Source: Eledone cirrhosa (taxonomy: Eukaryota). From it: a DNA stretch of 64,000 bases. Both the position numbers and the translations under genes were made by a program. This document shows positions 1-13,555 of this stretch, piece after piece (the stretch's first letter is position 1; every line of letters starts with the position of its first letter). The notes below the pieces were generated by a model. That model had not been told where the DNA came from and made no database searches. It saw only the letters and a program-made list of their open reading frames with translations. The stretch spans positions 11,904,001-11,968,000 of the forward strand of contig OZ024756.1 in the NCBI GenBank assembly GCA_964016885.1. Reading direction: 5' to 3'.

Positions 1-2025
1 GACAACAATATACAGTCACTTCACACACTGACAACAATATACAGTCACTTCACACTGACAACAATATACAGTCACTTCACACACTGACAACAATATACAG
101 TCACTTCACACTGACAACAATATACAGTCACTTCACACACTGACAACAATATACAGTCACTTCACACACTGACAACAATATACAGTCACTTCAGACACTG
201 ACAACAATATACAGTCACTTCACACTGACAACAATATACAGTCACTTCACACTGACAACAATATACAGTCACTTCACACACTGACAACAATATACAGTCA
301 CTTCACACTGACAACAATATACAGTCACTTCACACACTAACAACAATATACAGTCACTTCACACTGACAACAATATACAGTCACTTCACACACTGACAAC
401 AATATACAGTCACTTCACACTGACAACAATATACAGTCACTTCACACACTGACAACAATATACAGTCACTTCACACTGACAACAATATACAGTCACTTCA
501 CACTGACAACAATATACAGTCACTTCACACACTGACAACAATATACATTCACTTCACACACTGACAATATACAGTCACTTCACACACTGACAACAATATA
601 CAGTCACTTCACACTGACAACAGTATACAGTCACTTCACACACTGACAACAACATACAGTCACTTCACACACTGACAACAATATACAGTCACTTCACACT
701 GACAACAATATACAGTCACTTCACACTGACAACAATATACAGTCACTTCACACTGACAACAATATACAGTCACTTCACACTGACAACAATATACAGTCAC
801 TTCACACTGACAACAATATACAGTCACTTCACACTGACAACAATATACATTCACTTCACACACTGACAATATACAGTCACTTCACACTCTGACAACAATA
901 TACAGTCACTTCACACTGACAACAATATACAGTCACTTCACACTGACAACAATATACAGTCACTTCACACTGACAACAATATACAGTCACTTCACACTGA
1001 CAACAATATACAGTCACTTCACATTGACAACAATATACAGTCACTTCACACACTGACAACAATATACAGTCACTTCACACTGACAACAATATACAGTCAC
1101 TTCACACTGACAACAATATACAGTCACTTCACACACTGACAACAATATACAGTCACTTCACGCTGACAACAATATACAGTCACTTCACACACTGACAACA
1201 ATATACAGTCACTTCACACTGACAACATTATACAGTCACTTCACACACTGACAACAATATACAGTCACTTCACACACTGACAACAATATACAGTCATTTC
1301 ACACTGACAACAATATACAGTCACTTCACACACTGACAACAATATACAGTCACTTCACACTGACAACAATATACAGTCACTTCACACACTGACAACAATA
1401 TACAGTCACTTCACACTGACAACATTATACAGTCACTTCACACACTGACAACAATATACAGTCACTTCACACACTGACAACAATATACAGTCACTTCACA
1501 CTGACAACAATATACAGTCACTTCACACACTGACAACAATATACAGTCACTTCACACTGACAACAATATACAGTCACTTCACACTGACAACAATATACAG
1601 TCACTTCACACACTGACAACAATATACAGTCACTTCACACACTGACAACAATATACAGTCACTTCACACACTGACAACAATATACAGTCACTTCACACAC
1701 TGACAACAATATACAGTCACTTCACACTGACAACAATATACAGTCACTTCACACACTGACAACAATATACAGTCACTTCACACACGGACAACAATATACA
1801 GTCACTTCACACACTGACAACAATATACAGTCACTTCACACACTGACAACAATATACAGTCACTTCACACACTGACAACAATATACAGTCACTTCACACT
1901 GACAACAATATACAGTCACTTCACACACTGACAACAATATACAGTCACTTCACACACTGACAACAATATACAGTCACTTCACACACTGACAATATACAGT
2001 CACTTCACACACTGACAATATACAG
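1..2025. repeat. Satellite, 27/29-bp unit (GACAACAATATACAGTCACTTCACAC[AC]T)
   Basis: Uninterrupted tandem copies running off the left window edge; the two unit lengths differ by one CA. Confidence 0.97.
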
Positions 2026-2184
2026 TTGAAGTTTCTGTAAATAAAGAACGACCGATATTTAATTTGTCCTTATTGAATTTATATGCTATAAAACTTAATT
2101 AAAACTGAGTAATGTAAAATAATGTCCTTACAATTAAATTTATCCTATATCTAACTGTGTTCAATCGATATATTAATGTAGAGT

Positions 2185-2700
2185 TCGGTTTCCAGTACCT
2201 TCCTGTCGGCGGGGTGGGGGGTGGAGGGATCTCTCTCTATCTATCTCACTTTCTCCCCCCCCCCTCTCTCTCTTTCGGTTTCCAGTACCATCCTGGTGTT
2301 GGGGGTGGAGGGGTAACTCTATCTCACTTTCTCCCACCCCCTTCTCTCTCTTTCGGTTTCCAGTACCTTCCTGTCGGCGGGGTGGGGCGTGGGGGTCTCT
2401 CTCTATCTATCACTTTCTCTCTCTTACTCTCTCTCTCTCTCTATCTATCACTTTCTCTCTCTTACTCTCTCTCTCTATCTATCTCACTTTCTTTCTCATT
2501 CTCTCTCTCTTTCTCTCTTTCTGTCTCTCTCTCTCTCTCTGTATAGATATATCACTTTCTTTCTCATTCTCTCTCTTTCTCTCCCTCTCTCTCTCTATCT
2601 CACTTTCTTTTTCATTCTCTCTCTTTCTCTGACTCTCTCTCTCCTTCACTTTCTTTCTCATTCTCTCTCTTTCTCTCACTTTCTCTCCCTCTCCCTCTCT
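2185..2700. repeat. Three ~80-90-bp degenerate repeats followed by a CT-rich low-complexity tract
   Basis: TTCGGTTTCCAGTACC occurs at ~2185, ~2274 and ~2352, followed by (CT)n-like sequence. Confidence 0.8.
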
Positions 2701-2809
2701 TGCTCTATACTTTTCTACCTACCACCCTCTCTTGCCCCTCCCTACCACACTCTGGCTTTCTCCCTCTATCTGCATACCAGACAGTATATACAGTTCTCAA
2801 ACAATTCTG

Positions 2810-4016
2810 CGTGCACGTGTGTGTGTGTGTGTGAGAGAGAGAGGAGGGGATATGTGTGTGTGAGAGAGAGAGGAGGGGATATGTGTGTGTGAGAGAGAGA
2901 GGAGGGGATATGTGTGTGTGTGAGAGAGAGAGGAGGGGATATGTGTGTGTGAGAGAGAGAGGAGGGGATGTGTGTGTGTGTGAGAGAGGGGGGATATGTG
3001 TGTGTGTGAGAGAGGAGGGGATATGTGTGTGTGAGAGAGGGGTATATGTGTGTGTGTGAGAGAGAGAGAGGGGGGGATATGTGTGTGTGAGAGAGGGGTA
3101 TATGTGTGTGTGAGAGAGAGAGAGGGGGGGATATGTGTGTGTGTGAGAGAGGAGGGGATATGTGTGTGTGAGAGAGGGGTATATGTGTGTGTGTGAGAGA
3201 GAGAGAGGGGGGGATATGTGTGTGTGAGAGAGGGGTATATGTGTGTGTGTGTGAGAGAGAGAGGGGGGGGGATATGTGTGTGTGTGAGAGAGAGAGAGGG
3301 GGGGATATGTGTGTGTGAGAGGGGTATATGTGTGTGTGTGAGAGAGAGAGAGGGGGGGATATGTGTGTGTGTGAGAGAGGAGGGGATATGTGTGTGTGAG
3401 AGAGGGGTATATGTGTGTGTGTGAGAGAGAGAGAGGGGGGGATATGTGTGTGTGTGCGAGATAGAAGAGGGGATATGTGTGTGTGTGTGAGAGAGGTGGG
3501 GATATGTGTGTGTGTGTGAGAGAGGTGGTGTGTGAGAGAGGTGGTGTGTGTGTGTGAGAGAGAGGAGGGGATGTGTGTGTGTGTGAGAGAGAGGAGGGGA
3601 TATGTGTGTGTGTGAGAGAGGTGGTGTGTGTGTGTGAGAGAGGAGTGGATATGTGTGTGAGAGAGAGGGGGGATATGTGTGTGTGTGAGAGAGGTGGTGT
3701 GTGTGTGTGTGTGAGAGAGAGAGGAGGGGATGTGTGTGTGTGTGAGAGAGAGGAGGGGATGTGTGTGTGTGTGAGAGAGAGGAGGGGATGTGTGTGTGTG
3801 TGAGAGAGAGGAGGGGATGTGTGTGTGTGTGTGTGAGAGAGAGGAGGGGATATGTGTGTGTGTGTGAGAGAGGAGGGGATATGTGTGTGTGTGAGAGAGG
3901 AGGGGATATGTGTGTGTGTGAGAGAGGAGGGGATATGTGTGTGTGTGAAAGAGGAGGGGATATGTGTGTGTGTGAGAGAGAGGAGTGGATATGTGTGTGT
4001 GTGAGAGAGAGGGGGG

Positions 4017-4063
<47 letters not shown>

Positions 4064-4505
4064 GGGGGGTGTATGTATGTGTGTTTAGTTGCACATTCAG
4101 AAGTGTGTTTATCATGCTATAATGGTGTGTGTGTGTGAGAAAGAGTGGGGGAGCATGTGTGTGTGTGTGAGAGAGAGCGGGGGGGGGGTGAGAGGTGATG
4201 TGTATAAATATGTTGTGTATATGTGTTGTGTGTATACATATATGTGCTGTGTGTGTGTGTGTGTATATATATATGTTGTATATATATATATATATGTGTT
4301 GTGTATATATATGTGTTTTGTATGTATATGTGTTGTATATATATATAAATATATATGTGTGTGTGTTGTGTGTATATATGTTGTATATATAAATAAATAT
4401 ATATATGTGTGTGATGAGTATATGTTGTGTGTATATACGTTGTATATATATATGTGTGTGTGTGTGTGTGTTGTGTGTATATATATATATAGTGTGTGTG
4501 TATGT
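2810..4505. repeat. Compound (GT)n/(GA)n minisatellite followed by a (TA)/(TG) tract
   Basis: Repeated GAGAGGAGGGGATATGTGTGTGT units. Confidence 0.93.
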
Positions 4506-4639
4506 GCAATACAATCAGAATTGTAATTGCTATCAATCAAAGAATTCAATTTCCAATTACTGATTGAATTTACCTGATTTTAATAATATTGCTGCTGCAA
4601 TTGTTGTTGTTATTGTTGTGGGGAGGGTCAGTGTATGAT

Positions 4640-5218
4640 TTGTTTGGTGGTGGTGTTGAGGGCGGGTGTGGTGTTTGGTGGTGTTGTTGAGGGCGGGTGT
4701 GGTGTTTGGTGTTGAGGGCGGGTGTGGTGTTTGGTGGTGTTGTTGAGGGTGGGTGTGGTGTTTGGTGGTGTTGTTGAGGGCGGGTGTGGTGTTTGGTGGT
4801 AGTGTTGAGGGAAGGTTTGGTGTTTGGTGTTGAGGGAGGGTGTGGTGTTGAGGGAGGGTGTGATGTTTGGTGGTGGTGTTGAGGGCGGGTGTGGTGTTTG
4901 GTGGTGTTGTTGAGGGCGGGTGTGGTGTTTGGTGTTGAGGGAGGGTGTGGTGTTTGGTGGTGGTGTTGAGGGCGGGTGTGGTGTTTGGTGTTGAGGGCGG
5001 GTGTGGTGTTTGGTGGTAGTGTTGAGGGAAGGTTTGGTGTTTGGTGTTGAGGGAGGGTGTGGTGTTTGGTGGTGGTGTTGAGGGAGGGTGTGGTGTTTGG
5101 TGGTGGTGTTGAGGGCGGGTGTGGTGTTTGGTGGTGTTGTTGAGGGCGGGTGTGGTGTTTGGTGTTGAGGGATGGTGTGGTGTTTGGTGGTGGTGTTGAG
5201 GGCGGGTGTGGTGTTTGT
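4640..5218. repeat. GT-rich minisatellite (GTTGAGGGCGGGTGTGGTGTTTGGTG)
   Basis: Tandem copies with length variants. Confidence 0.92.
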
Positions 5219-5607
5219 TGAAGCTCTTTGTTGTCATTATTAATGTGGGACTAAATCTTCCTTTGTGGTCCTTCAAGGTGTTTGTTACACCCCACCACCA
5301 CCACACCTATATTGGCCCTTTCTAAGTTGTTTACAGAGAACAAAAGTTTTCAACAACTCCCAGTCATAGCATGTGGCCTTGTGGTTAAGGTGTTGGAGCC
5401 ATGGTCATAAAGGTCCCAGGTTTGATTTCCAGAGCAGGCAGCATGTTGTGTTCTTGAGCAAGACTCTTCATCTCACATTGCTTTTCATGACAGGACTGGA
5501 ATCCCTATAATCCTATGTTTTGAATAACATCTACACTTTTCTAGGGTTTTTTTATAAGCTTGAGTGAGTGCTAAATTGAATAATATACCTATCTTTATCT
5601 ACCCCTC

Positions 5608-5640
<33 letters not shown>

Positions 5641-5658
5641 CATATACATATGAGAACA

Positions 5659-5748
5659 CATATCTGAGGAGCTTTTAATTCCAGAGTCAGGAACGAAGAT
5701 AATTCGATCATTCCTCGAGCTGATCGACAGTGAAACATATGTAATTAA
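5659..5748 (+). ncRNA. Candidate degenerate type I hammerhead ribozyme
   Basis: CTGAGGA (5664) ... GAAAC-atat-GTA (5732-5743); palindromic stem III ACATATGT; stem I weak; adjacent to a TA tract. Confidence 0.4.
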
Positions 5749-6029
5749 ATATGTATATGATGCAATACTGTTATTTTTTGCCCAATTTTTTTTATACTTA
5801 TCATCATATCATCAATGATATCACCCTCGTCACCACTACCACAATCATCATGTCCACTACCACCACCACCTCCATCATTATCAATCTTGGAGGGGCAAAG
5901 CTACCCTCGGTGGGATTTGAACTCAGAATGACTTGATCCCAGCATGGGAACGATACCAACACTGTAGATATGGTTGGTGATAGGAAGGTCAACCAGTTGA
6001 ACAAGACATGGTCATCTGATCTGTCTGAC

Positions 6030-8392
6030 AACAGGACAGCCTGTCTCACCCATGCTAGGACAACCTGTCTAACCCATGCTAGGATAGCCTGTCTAACCCA
6101 TGCTAGGACAACCTGTCTAACCTATGCTAGGATAGCCTGTCTAACCCATGCTAGGACAACCTGTCTAACCCATGCTAAGACAACCTGTCTAACCCATGCT
6201 AGGACAGCCTGTCTAACCCATGCTAAGACAACTTGTCTCACCCATGCTAGGACAACCTGTCTCACCCATGATAGGACACCCTGTCTAACCCATGCTAGGA
6301 CAACCTGTCTAACCCATGCTACGACGACCTGTCTAACCCATGCTTGGACAACCTGTCTAACCCATGCTAGGACAACTTGTCTCACCCATGCTAGGACAGC
6401 CTGTCTCACCCATGCTAGGACAACCTGTCTAACCCATGCTAGTACAACCTGTCTCACCAATGCTAGGACAGCCTGTCTCACCCATGCTAGGACAACCTGT
6501 CTCACCCATGCTAGGACAGCCTGTCTAACCCATGCTAGGACAACCTGTCTCACCCATGCTAGGACAGCCTGTCTAACCCATGCTAGGACAACCTGTCTCA
6601 TCCATGCTAGGACAACCTGTCTAACCCATGCTAGGACAACCTGTCTCATCCATGCTAGGACAGCCTGTCTAACCCATGCTAGGACAACCTGTCACACCCA
6701 TGCTAGGACAGCCTGTCTCACCCATGCTAGGACAACTTGTCTCACCCATGCTAGGACAACTTGTCTAACCCATGCTAGGACAGCCTGTCTAACCCATGCT
6801 AGGACAGCCTGACTAACCCATGCTAGGACAACTTGTCTAACCCATGCTAGGACAGCTTGTCTAACCCATGCTAGGACAACCTGTCTAACCCATGCTAGGA
6901 CAACTTGTCTAACCCATGCTAGGACAACTTGTCTAACCCATGTTAGGACAACTTGTCTCATCCATGCTAGGACAGCTTGTCTAACCCATGTTAGGACAAC
7001 TTGTCTCACCCATGCTGGGACAACTTGTCTAACCCATGCTAGGACAGCCTGTCTCATCCATGCTAGGACAGCTTGTCTAACCCATGCTAGGACAGCCTGT
7101 CTCACCCATGCTAGGACAACTTGTCTCACCCATGTTAGGACAACCTGTCTAACCCATGCTAGGACAACTTGTCTCACCCATGCTAGGACAACTTGTCTCA
7201 TCCATGCTAGGACAGCTTGTCTAACCCATGCTAGGACAACCTGTCTCACCCATGCTAGGACAACTTGTCTCACCCATGCTAGGACAACCTGTCTCACACA
7301 TGCTAGGACAACCTGTCTCACCCATGCTAGGACAACTTGTCTCACCCATGTTAGGACAACCTGTCTAACCCATGCTAGGACAACTTGTCTCACCCATGTT
7401 AGGACAGCTTGTCTAACCCATGCTAGGACAGCCTGTCTAACCCATGCTAGGACAACTTGTCTAACCCATGCTAGGACAACTTGTCTAACCCATGTTAGGA
7501 CAACTTGTCTCATCCATGCTAGGACAGCTTGTCTAACCCATGCTAGGACAACCTGTCTAACCCATGCTAGGACAACCTGTCTCACCCATGCTAGGACAAC
7601 CTGTCTCACCCATGCTAGGACAACTTGTCTCACCCATGCTAGGACAACTTGTCTCACCCATGCTAGGACAACTTGTCTCACCCATGCTAGGACAACTTGT
7701 CTCACCCATGCTAGGACAGCTTGTCTAACCCATGCTAGGACAACCTGTCTCACCCATGCTAGGACAGCCTGTCTAACCCATGCTAGGACAACCTGTCTAA
7801 CCCATGCTAGGACAACCTGTCTAACCCATGCTAGGACAACTTGTCTCACCCATGCTAGGACAACCTGTCTCATCCATGCTAGGACAGCTTGTCTAACCCA
7901 TGTTAGGACAACTTGTCTAACCCATGCTAGGACAATCTGTCTAACCCATGCTAGGACAACCTGTCTCATCCATGCTAGGACAGCTTGTCTAACCCATGCT
8001 AGGACAACCTGTCTAACCCATGTTAGGACAACTTGTCTCACCCATGCTAGGACAACTTGTCTCACCCATGCTAGGACAACCTGTCTAACCCATGTTAGGA
8101 CAACTTGTCTAACACATGCTAGGACAACCTGTCTCACCCATGCTAGGACAGCTTGTCTAACCCATGCTAGGACAACCTGTCTAACCCATGCTAGGACAAC
8201 TTGTCTAACCCATGCTAGGACAACCTGTCTCACCCATGCTAGGACAACTTGTCTAACCCATGCTAGGACAACCTGTCTCACCCATGCTAGGACAACCTGT
8301 CTCACCCATGCTAGGACAACCTGTCTCACCCATGCTAGGACAGCTTGTCTAACCCATGCTAGGACAACCTGTCTAACCCATGCTAGGACAAT
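6030..8392. repeat. 24-bp satellite (GGACAACCTGTCTAACCCATGCTA), about 98 copies
   Basis: Regular 24-bp period; the unit matches the SINE/RTE-type 3' tail motif present singly at ~12577, ~51992, ~57123 and ~58842. Confidence 0.97.
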
Positions 8393-8479
8393 AGATGAAT
8401 GTAAGCAGCTCTAGTGTTGTGCTCCCATTCTTGTGTAGCCAGAAATGAGGCTGGAAACACCAGCAAAATTGACTCACTT

Positions 8480-8900
8480 TCTCTCTACACTACACTACAC
8501 CACTCCACTACCACCACTACACTACACTACACCCACCACTACCACCATTACACTACTACCACCACGACACTACACCACTACCACCACCACGACACTACAC
8601 CACTACCACCACTACATTACTACCACACCACAATACACCATCATTACACTACACCACTACACTTCTACATTACATTTCACTACACCACACCACTACACTA
8701 CCACCACTACATTACACTACACCACCACCACACTTCTCCGCTACTACCACTGCACCACACTACACTATTACATTACACTCCACTACCACCACACACCACT
8801 ACACCACCACCTACACCACTACCACCCCACCACCACTACACCACCACCACCACACCACTACCACACCACCACTACCACACCACTACACCACTACCACCAG
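8480..8900. repeat. (CAC/CTA)-rich low-complexity tract
   Basis: Direct inspection. Confidence 0.9.
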
Positions 8901-8918
8901 CACTATTTTCTGTTGCAG

Positions 8919-8978
8919 GACATCAACCTAGTGATATGTCAGCAGTCAATATGTCAAAAGTTATTGATTAAGAAGCAG
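8919..8978 (+). CDS. Possible 60-bp internal exon (DINLVICQQSICQKLLIKKQ)
   Basis: Acceptor TTTTCTGTTGCAG, donor CAG|GTAATA, length a multiple of 3 and open; peptide not recognised. Confidence 0.35.
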
Positions 8979-9057
8979 GTAATATCTTTGTCTCACGTCT
9001 CGTCCAGTCTTATCTTTTTTGGTTCCTCTTCATTTTTTTTTGTTATTGTTATTTGTT

Positions 9058-9097
<40 letters not shown>

Positions 9098-9183
9098 GAA
9101 AAAGATCAATAAGTATGCAGACTTTGCAGATGCTATTAGAAGTGAGCACCATGTAGAGACATTGCCCACATTTCTACCATCAC

Positions 9184-9345
9184 CAGCACAGAATCCTATA
9201 TTGAGCCTCTCACATCAGCACAGAATCTTATATTGAGCCTCTCAGATCAGCACAGAATCCTATATTGAGCCTCTCAGATCAGCACAGAATCCTATATTGA
9301 GCCTCTCAGATCAGCACAGAATCTTACATTGAGCCCCTCAGATCA
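9184..9345. repeat. 32-bp tandem repeat, 5 copies (CAGCACAGAATCCTATATTGAGCCTCTCAGAT)
   Basis: Direct inspection. Confidence 0.92.
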
Positions 9346-9987
9346 GGGAGTTATCTGAGGTCAATTCTTCACCTAGCAACTGGCTGATAGAGAAACTTTA
9401 CAAAAAGAAGAAAAGGGAAATTATTAATAATTATTAATAAAATTGTTGGTCTTGTGCCTAAATCAAAAACCATTATCATTATTATACTGGGGAGGGGTTG
9501 GCAGTATTGGTGGAGGGTCAGACGCCATGCTTTACAGCATAGAGTTACGGCCCTTTATGATCTGAGTTCAAATCCTGCCGAGGTTAACTTTACCTTTCAT
9601 AAATTTTTACAAAGATCTATCCCAAGTAAAGGTAATATAAATATTTGAATTAATAAACCACATTAGCAAAACATTGAAAAATAGAAAACAGCACTATGAC
9701 TGCCACACATTAGCTAGTAAAATATTTACTGTAGTACCACACTTCCACAAAGATCTGTCCACTAGTAAAGATACTGTAAATGCTTGAATTAACAAGCCAC
9801 ACAAAATTATATTAAACCAGGCCTTCCTGAAAATACATAAAGCAGTTTTATGAATGTATCATATTAAATATCAAAATATTTACTCTAATACTAAACATCT
9901 TTACAATGATCTGTCCACTAGTAAAGATACTGTAAACATTTGAATTAACAAACCACATGATTTCAAAATCATAGGCAGTGTCATTCA

Positions 9988-10336
9988 TCTATATATATAA
10001 AAGCAAGTCGGTCTGTGTGTGTGTGTGTGTCTGTCTGTGTACAAATACTAAGCTCCTTTTAACTTTTGAAGTACTAGGCCGATTTCAACCAGGTTTTGGA
10101 CAAAAAAGAATTTGAAAAAATTCGATATTGGGGCCGAAAAATGGATTTTTTGTACAAGCTACCCCATGAATTGTTTTTATGTTGCCGTTTATTTCACTCA
10201 ATCATATCACTGTACACCCATTTTGTTAAACTCTTTTTACAATTACATTTCAATTCTTTGCTCAACCTTTGGCTCACTTTATACGGATAAACAGGCTGTC
10301 ATTCATTTCCCGAACAACGCCGGGTACATCGGCTAG
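9988..10336 (+). mobile_element. Non-autonomous Helitron-like element
   Basis: 5' TCTATATATATAAAAG; 3' hairpin CCCGAACAACGCCGGG then CTAG; inserted between A and T without TSD. Confidence 0.75.
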
Positions 10337-11149
10337 TTAGAAATAAAGTAATGAAAGGTTTAATACCCAAACCTATGTTGTTTAGTAGTGTATTTAATGG
10401 CACCATTCTGATGGACAGTGTGATGCTTGTCAAAGAACTACTGTAAATTCTCAACTGTATGTGCCAGATTTCTGTACAGTTGTCTCTGTTGTAGTTATCA
10501 CAAAGTTGGAACCTTTATGTCCCTGATAGCTGCCAGATATGGGTTGGTTACAGGTGTTATGGTTCAGTCTACAGTAAAACATACGAGAAAACATTCCCAT
10601 ACATCGAACCAAAACTTATAACCTACTGTTGGGAAATATATATATATATTTAATTAGAAAGTGAACAACGCAAACTACTCCATTACCAAAGGTTTCTGGA
10701 TCACAGACGATAATAATATATGTCTGGATTGATCATCAGACAGAGATGTTATGGATAAAAAATATGAAATGAGATTTAAAATCTGTTAAAAACTATATAT
10801 ATATATATAATTAATACAATAACAGAGAAAGCTTTACGCTAAACTCCGACTGGTAACCATCTCACTCAACAAACATTAGGTTATACGTTAGTATAAACCC
10901 AATTTAGTGTCTGGGGTGCTAACTATATGTATTTTGTGGAAAGCCAGTTGTATTATTTTATACGAGATATAATTAAAATTAAAATATATCTCTCTTTCCA
11001 AACAATTGTTTCATTATAAGTATTCTACAAGTTGGGAGAATATTTCCAGTTTATGTAGAAGCCTAATATATTTTCATGTAAGAATACAATTAGGTGGGCA
11101 CTTATAAATTGTCAGTGGAAGCCCATTAAACTTTGATATATATATATAT

Positions 11150-11360
11150 GAAGTAGTTCCACAACAATTAATACACCATTTCCGAGAACAATTTGTTTCA
11201 CCTCCAACGGATCATCAGCTCAGTTTAAAATGATCCATTTCAGGTGAAACAAATTGTTCTCAGAAATGGTGTATTAGCTTTTGTGGAACTACTTCTACCA
11301 AACTCGTCCCATGGACACAGTGTTCTACTACTGCGTATATAACCCCCTAGTGTTCTAGCA
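11150..11360. mobile_element. Fold-back PLE pLTR-like element carrying a hammerhead motif
   Basis: Inverted arms ~11150-11203 and ~11242-11296 plus a 3' tail; TA tracts on both sides. Confidence 0.7.
11182..11223 (-). ncRNA. Minimal type I hammerhead ribozyme
   Basis: Minus strand: CTGAG-CTGATGA-tccgttggaggt-GAAAC-aaatt-GTT-CTCGG; stem I CTGAG/CTCGG (CTCAG in the other arm). Confidence 0.6.
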
Positions 11361-11386
11361 CTATATATATATATACACACACACAT

Positions 11387-11721
11387 GGAAGCACATGGCT
11401 TAGTGGTTAGAACATTGGCCTTGCAATCGAAAGGTTGTGAGTTCAATTCTCAGACCGGGTGATGTGTTGTTTCCTTGAGCAAGACACTTTATTTCACATT
11501 GCTCCAGTTTACTCAGCTGTAGAAATGAGATGATAGGGACTGGGGTCCATATCATTCCACTGCAAAGTGGTCGTGGAGGTGCCACGGCAAAAAAGCACCC
11601 AGCACTCACTGTAAATGAGGTTGGTGTTAGGAAGGGCATTCAGCTGTAGAAATCAAGCCAGCATCACTTCCCGTCCCACCCTTGCAAGCAGGGAAAAGTG
11701 GACGTAAAATGATGATGATGA
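11387..11721 (+). mobile_element. tRNA-derived SINE, family A (~330 bp)
   Basis: A box TGGCTTAGTGG, B box GAGTTCAATTC, central CCTTGAGCAAGACACTTTA domain, (GAT)n tail; at least seven near-full copies in the window. Confidence 0.9.
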
Positions 11722-11764
11722 CACACACACACACACACACACTTATATATATGTGTAGGATTTA

Positions 11765-12380
11765 CATGTAGCAGTTGTACCAGGACATAAGCGCTTCCAA
11801 ATTCTGGGAGGGCTCTGTAGAAACAGTAGACAGCTTCTGCTACCTAGGTGACCAAATTAGCAGCGGAGGTGGATGTTCTGAAAATAAGTAACCAGGGTAA
11901 GAACAGGATAGAAGTTTAGGGAGCTACTGCCACTGCTAGCTGCAAAAGGCTTTTCCCTCAAAATGAAAGGTACACAGTATGATGCGTGTATAATAACAGT
12001 AATGTTACATGATAGTGAGACCTGGGTTTTGTGTGCAGAAGACTTGCATAGATTGGAAAGAAATGAAGCCTGCATGCTCTGATGGATGTGTAATAGTAAT
12101 ATACATGAATGGCAAAGCATAGACGAACTGAGAGAGAGACTAGGCATAGGAGGAATCAAATGCTGTGTGCAGGAGAGGAGATTATATTGGTATGGACATG
12201 TGATGCATATGAAGGATGACAGCTGTATAAAAAGGTGCAGAGCACTCAGTGTTGACAGAAGCCTTGGAGTGGGAAGACCTGGGATAAGGTGATAAAAGCT
12301 CACCTTGCAAAGGCGATGACTCAGGATTGAAAACTCTGGTATTACGCAGTAATACAGAAGACCTGACTTCCTACGGGTAC
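11765..12380 (+). mobile_element. RTE-clade LINE 3' fragment (degraded RT C-terminus)
   Basis: Remnants VDSFCYLGDQIS, FRELLPLL, RRLYWYGHV, with stops; homologous to 44815-45545. Confidence 0.85.
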
Positions 12381-12668
12381 AAGCCGAAGCTGAAGCATAT
12401 AGACAGTATTGCACCACGCCTCTCCCACTGCAAAGTGGTCGTGGAGGTGTCACAACAAAAAGCACCCAGACCACACTGTAAATGGCATTAGGAAGGGCAT
12501 CCAACTGTAGAAATCAAGCCAGAATCAGTTCTGTATGAGCAAGACATGGTCACCTGACCTGGCATTGCCCACAACAGGACAAATTGTCTAACCCATGTTA
12601 GTGTGGAAAATGGACGTAAAATGGGGATGAGGGTGTTGTTGATGTTATATCATATTTCTCGGCTTATA

Positions 12669-13093
12669 TACATAATATATAAGATCAAAAGATGGTTAAA
12701 AGAGTTCCATGTATTTTATTATGCGCATTTCAAAAACAAATATCATCATGCAATAACATTTGTGTTTTCATCAGATAAAATAGGAAGACATGATATGAAG
12801 GTTAAAAACACTTGTGAATAGTGCAGTTTTAAATCAACATATGTTGATTTAAAACTGCACTATTCACAAGTGTTTTTTAACCTTCATATCATGTCTTCCT
12901 GTTTTATCTGATGAAAACACAAATATTATTGCATGATGATATTTGTTTTTGAAATGCGCATAATAAAATACATGGAACTCTTTTAACCATCTTTTGATCT
13001 TATATATTATGTAAACTCCAGTCCTACAAACTGTAGAGTGCTTCTTATCCTATATCTGCATTGCTTTATTGTACTACAATAAAACTCACCTCC
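12669..13093. mobile_element. Near-perfect ~345-bp palindrome plus tail (PLE pLTR-like fold-back)
   Basis: Arms 12669-12840 and 12841-13013 centred on CATATG; unique ~80-bp tail, then (TA)n. Confidence 0.85.
12902..12968 (+). ncRNA. Type I hammerhead ribozyme (mirror copy on minus strand at 12714-12780)
   Basis: TTTTAT-CTGATGA-[~16-bp stem II, GCAT loop]-GAAAT-gcgc-ATA-ATAAAA; stem I 6 bp perfect; palindromic stem III ATGCGCAT. Confidence 0.75.
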
Positions 13094-13145
<52 letters not shown>

Positions 13146-13336
13146 TTTGTGTGTGTGAATATATATATATATAGTCATCATACACATATATAAGCTGATA
13201 AATATCTGACAAAACAATTACTGGTAAAATGTTTATATTCAAGGTCAATATTTTGCCAATTTTCCCCAACTTCAAAATTCTGCATAAATGAGGGGCTAAA
13301 ATATTTTTACTTTGGAAGCGAATATGATAGCGGTGG

Positions 13337-13555
13337 TTTCACGTTGGAGGTGAATATTACACCTGTTTCACTTTGGAGGTGAATATTACACCTGTTTCAC
13401 TTTGGAGGTGAATATTACACCTGTTTCACTTTGGAGGTGAATATTACACCTGTTTCAATTTGGAGGTGAATATTGCACCAGTTTCACTTTGGAGGTGAAT
13501 ATTACACCTGTTGCACTTTGGAGGTGAATATTACACTGGTTTCACTTTCAATGTG
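13337..13555. repeat. 29-bp tandem repeat, ~7 copies (TGGAGGTGAATATTACACCTGTTTCACTT)
   Basis: Direct inspection; each unit has the internal dyad AGGTG...CACCT. Confidence 0.9.

Noticed and set aside
2766-4549. 582-aa His/Thr-rich ORF and similar ORFs at 15.5-17.4, 30-36 and 47-49 kb
   Set aside because: Microsatellite or minisatellite translation artefacts.
5970-8329. Long ORFs (280-545 aa) of repeated octapeptides
   Set aside because: Translation of a 24-bp satellite that is open on both strands; no splice or domain evidence.
10985-11045. Minus-strand GAAAC-aatt-GTT with a partial stem I
   Set aside because: The CUGANGA half is unrecognisable.
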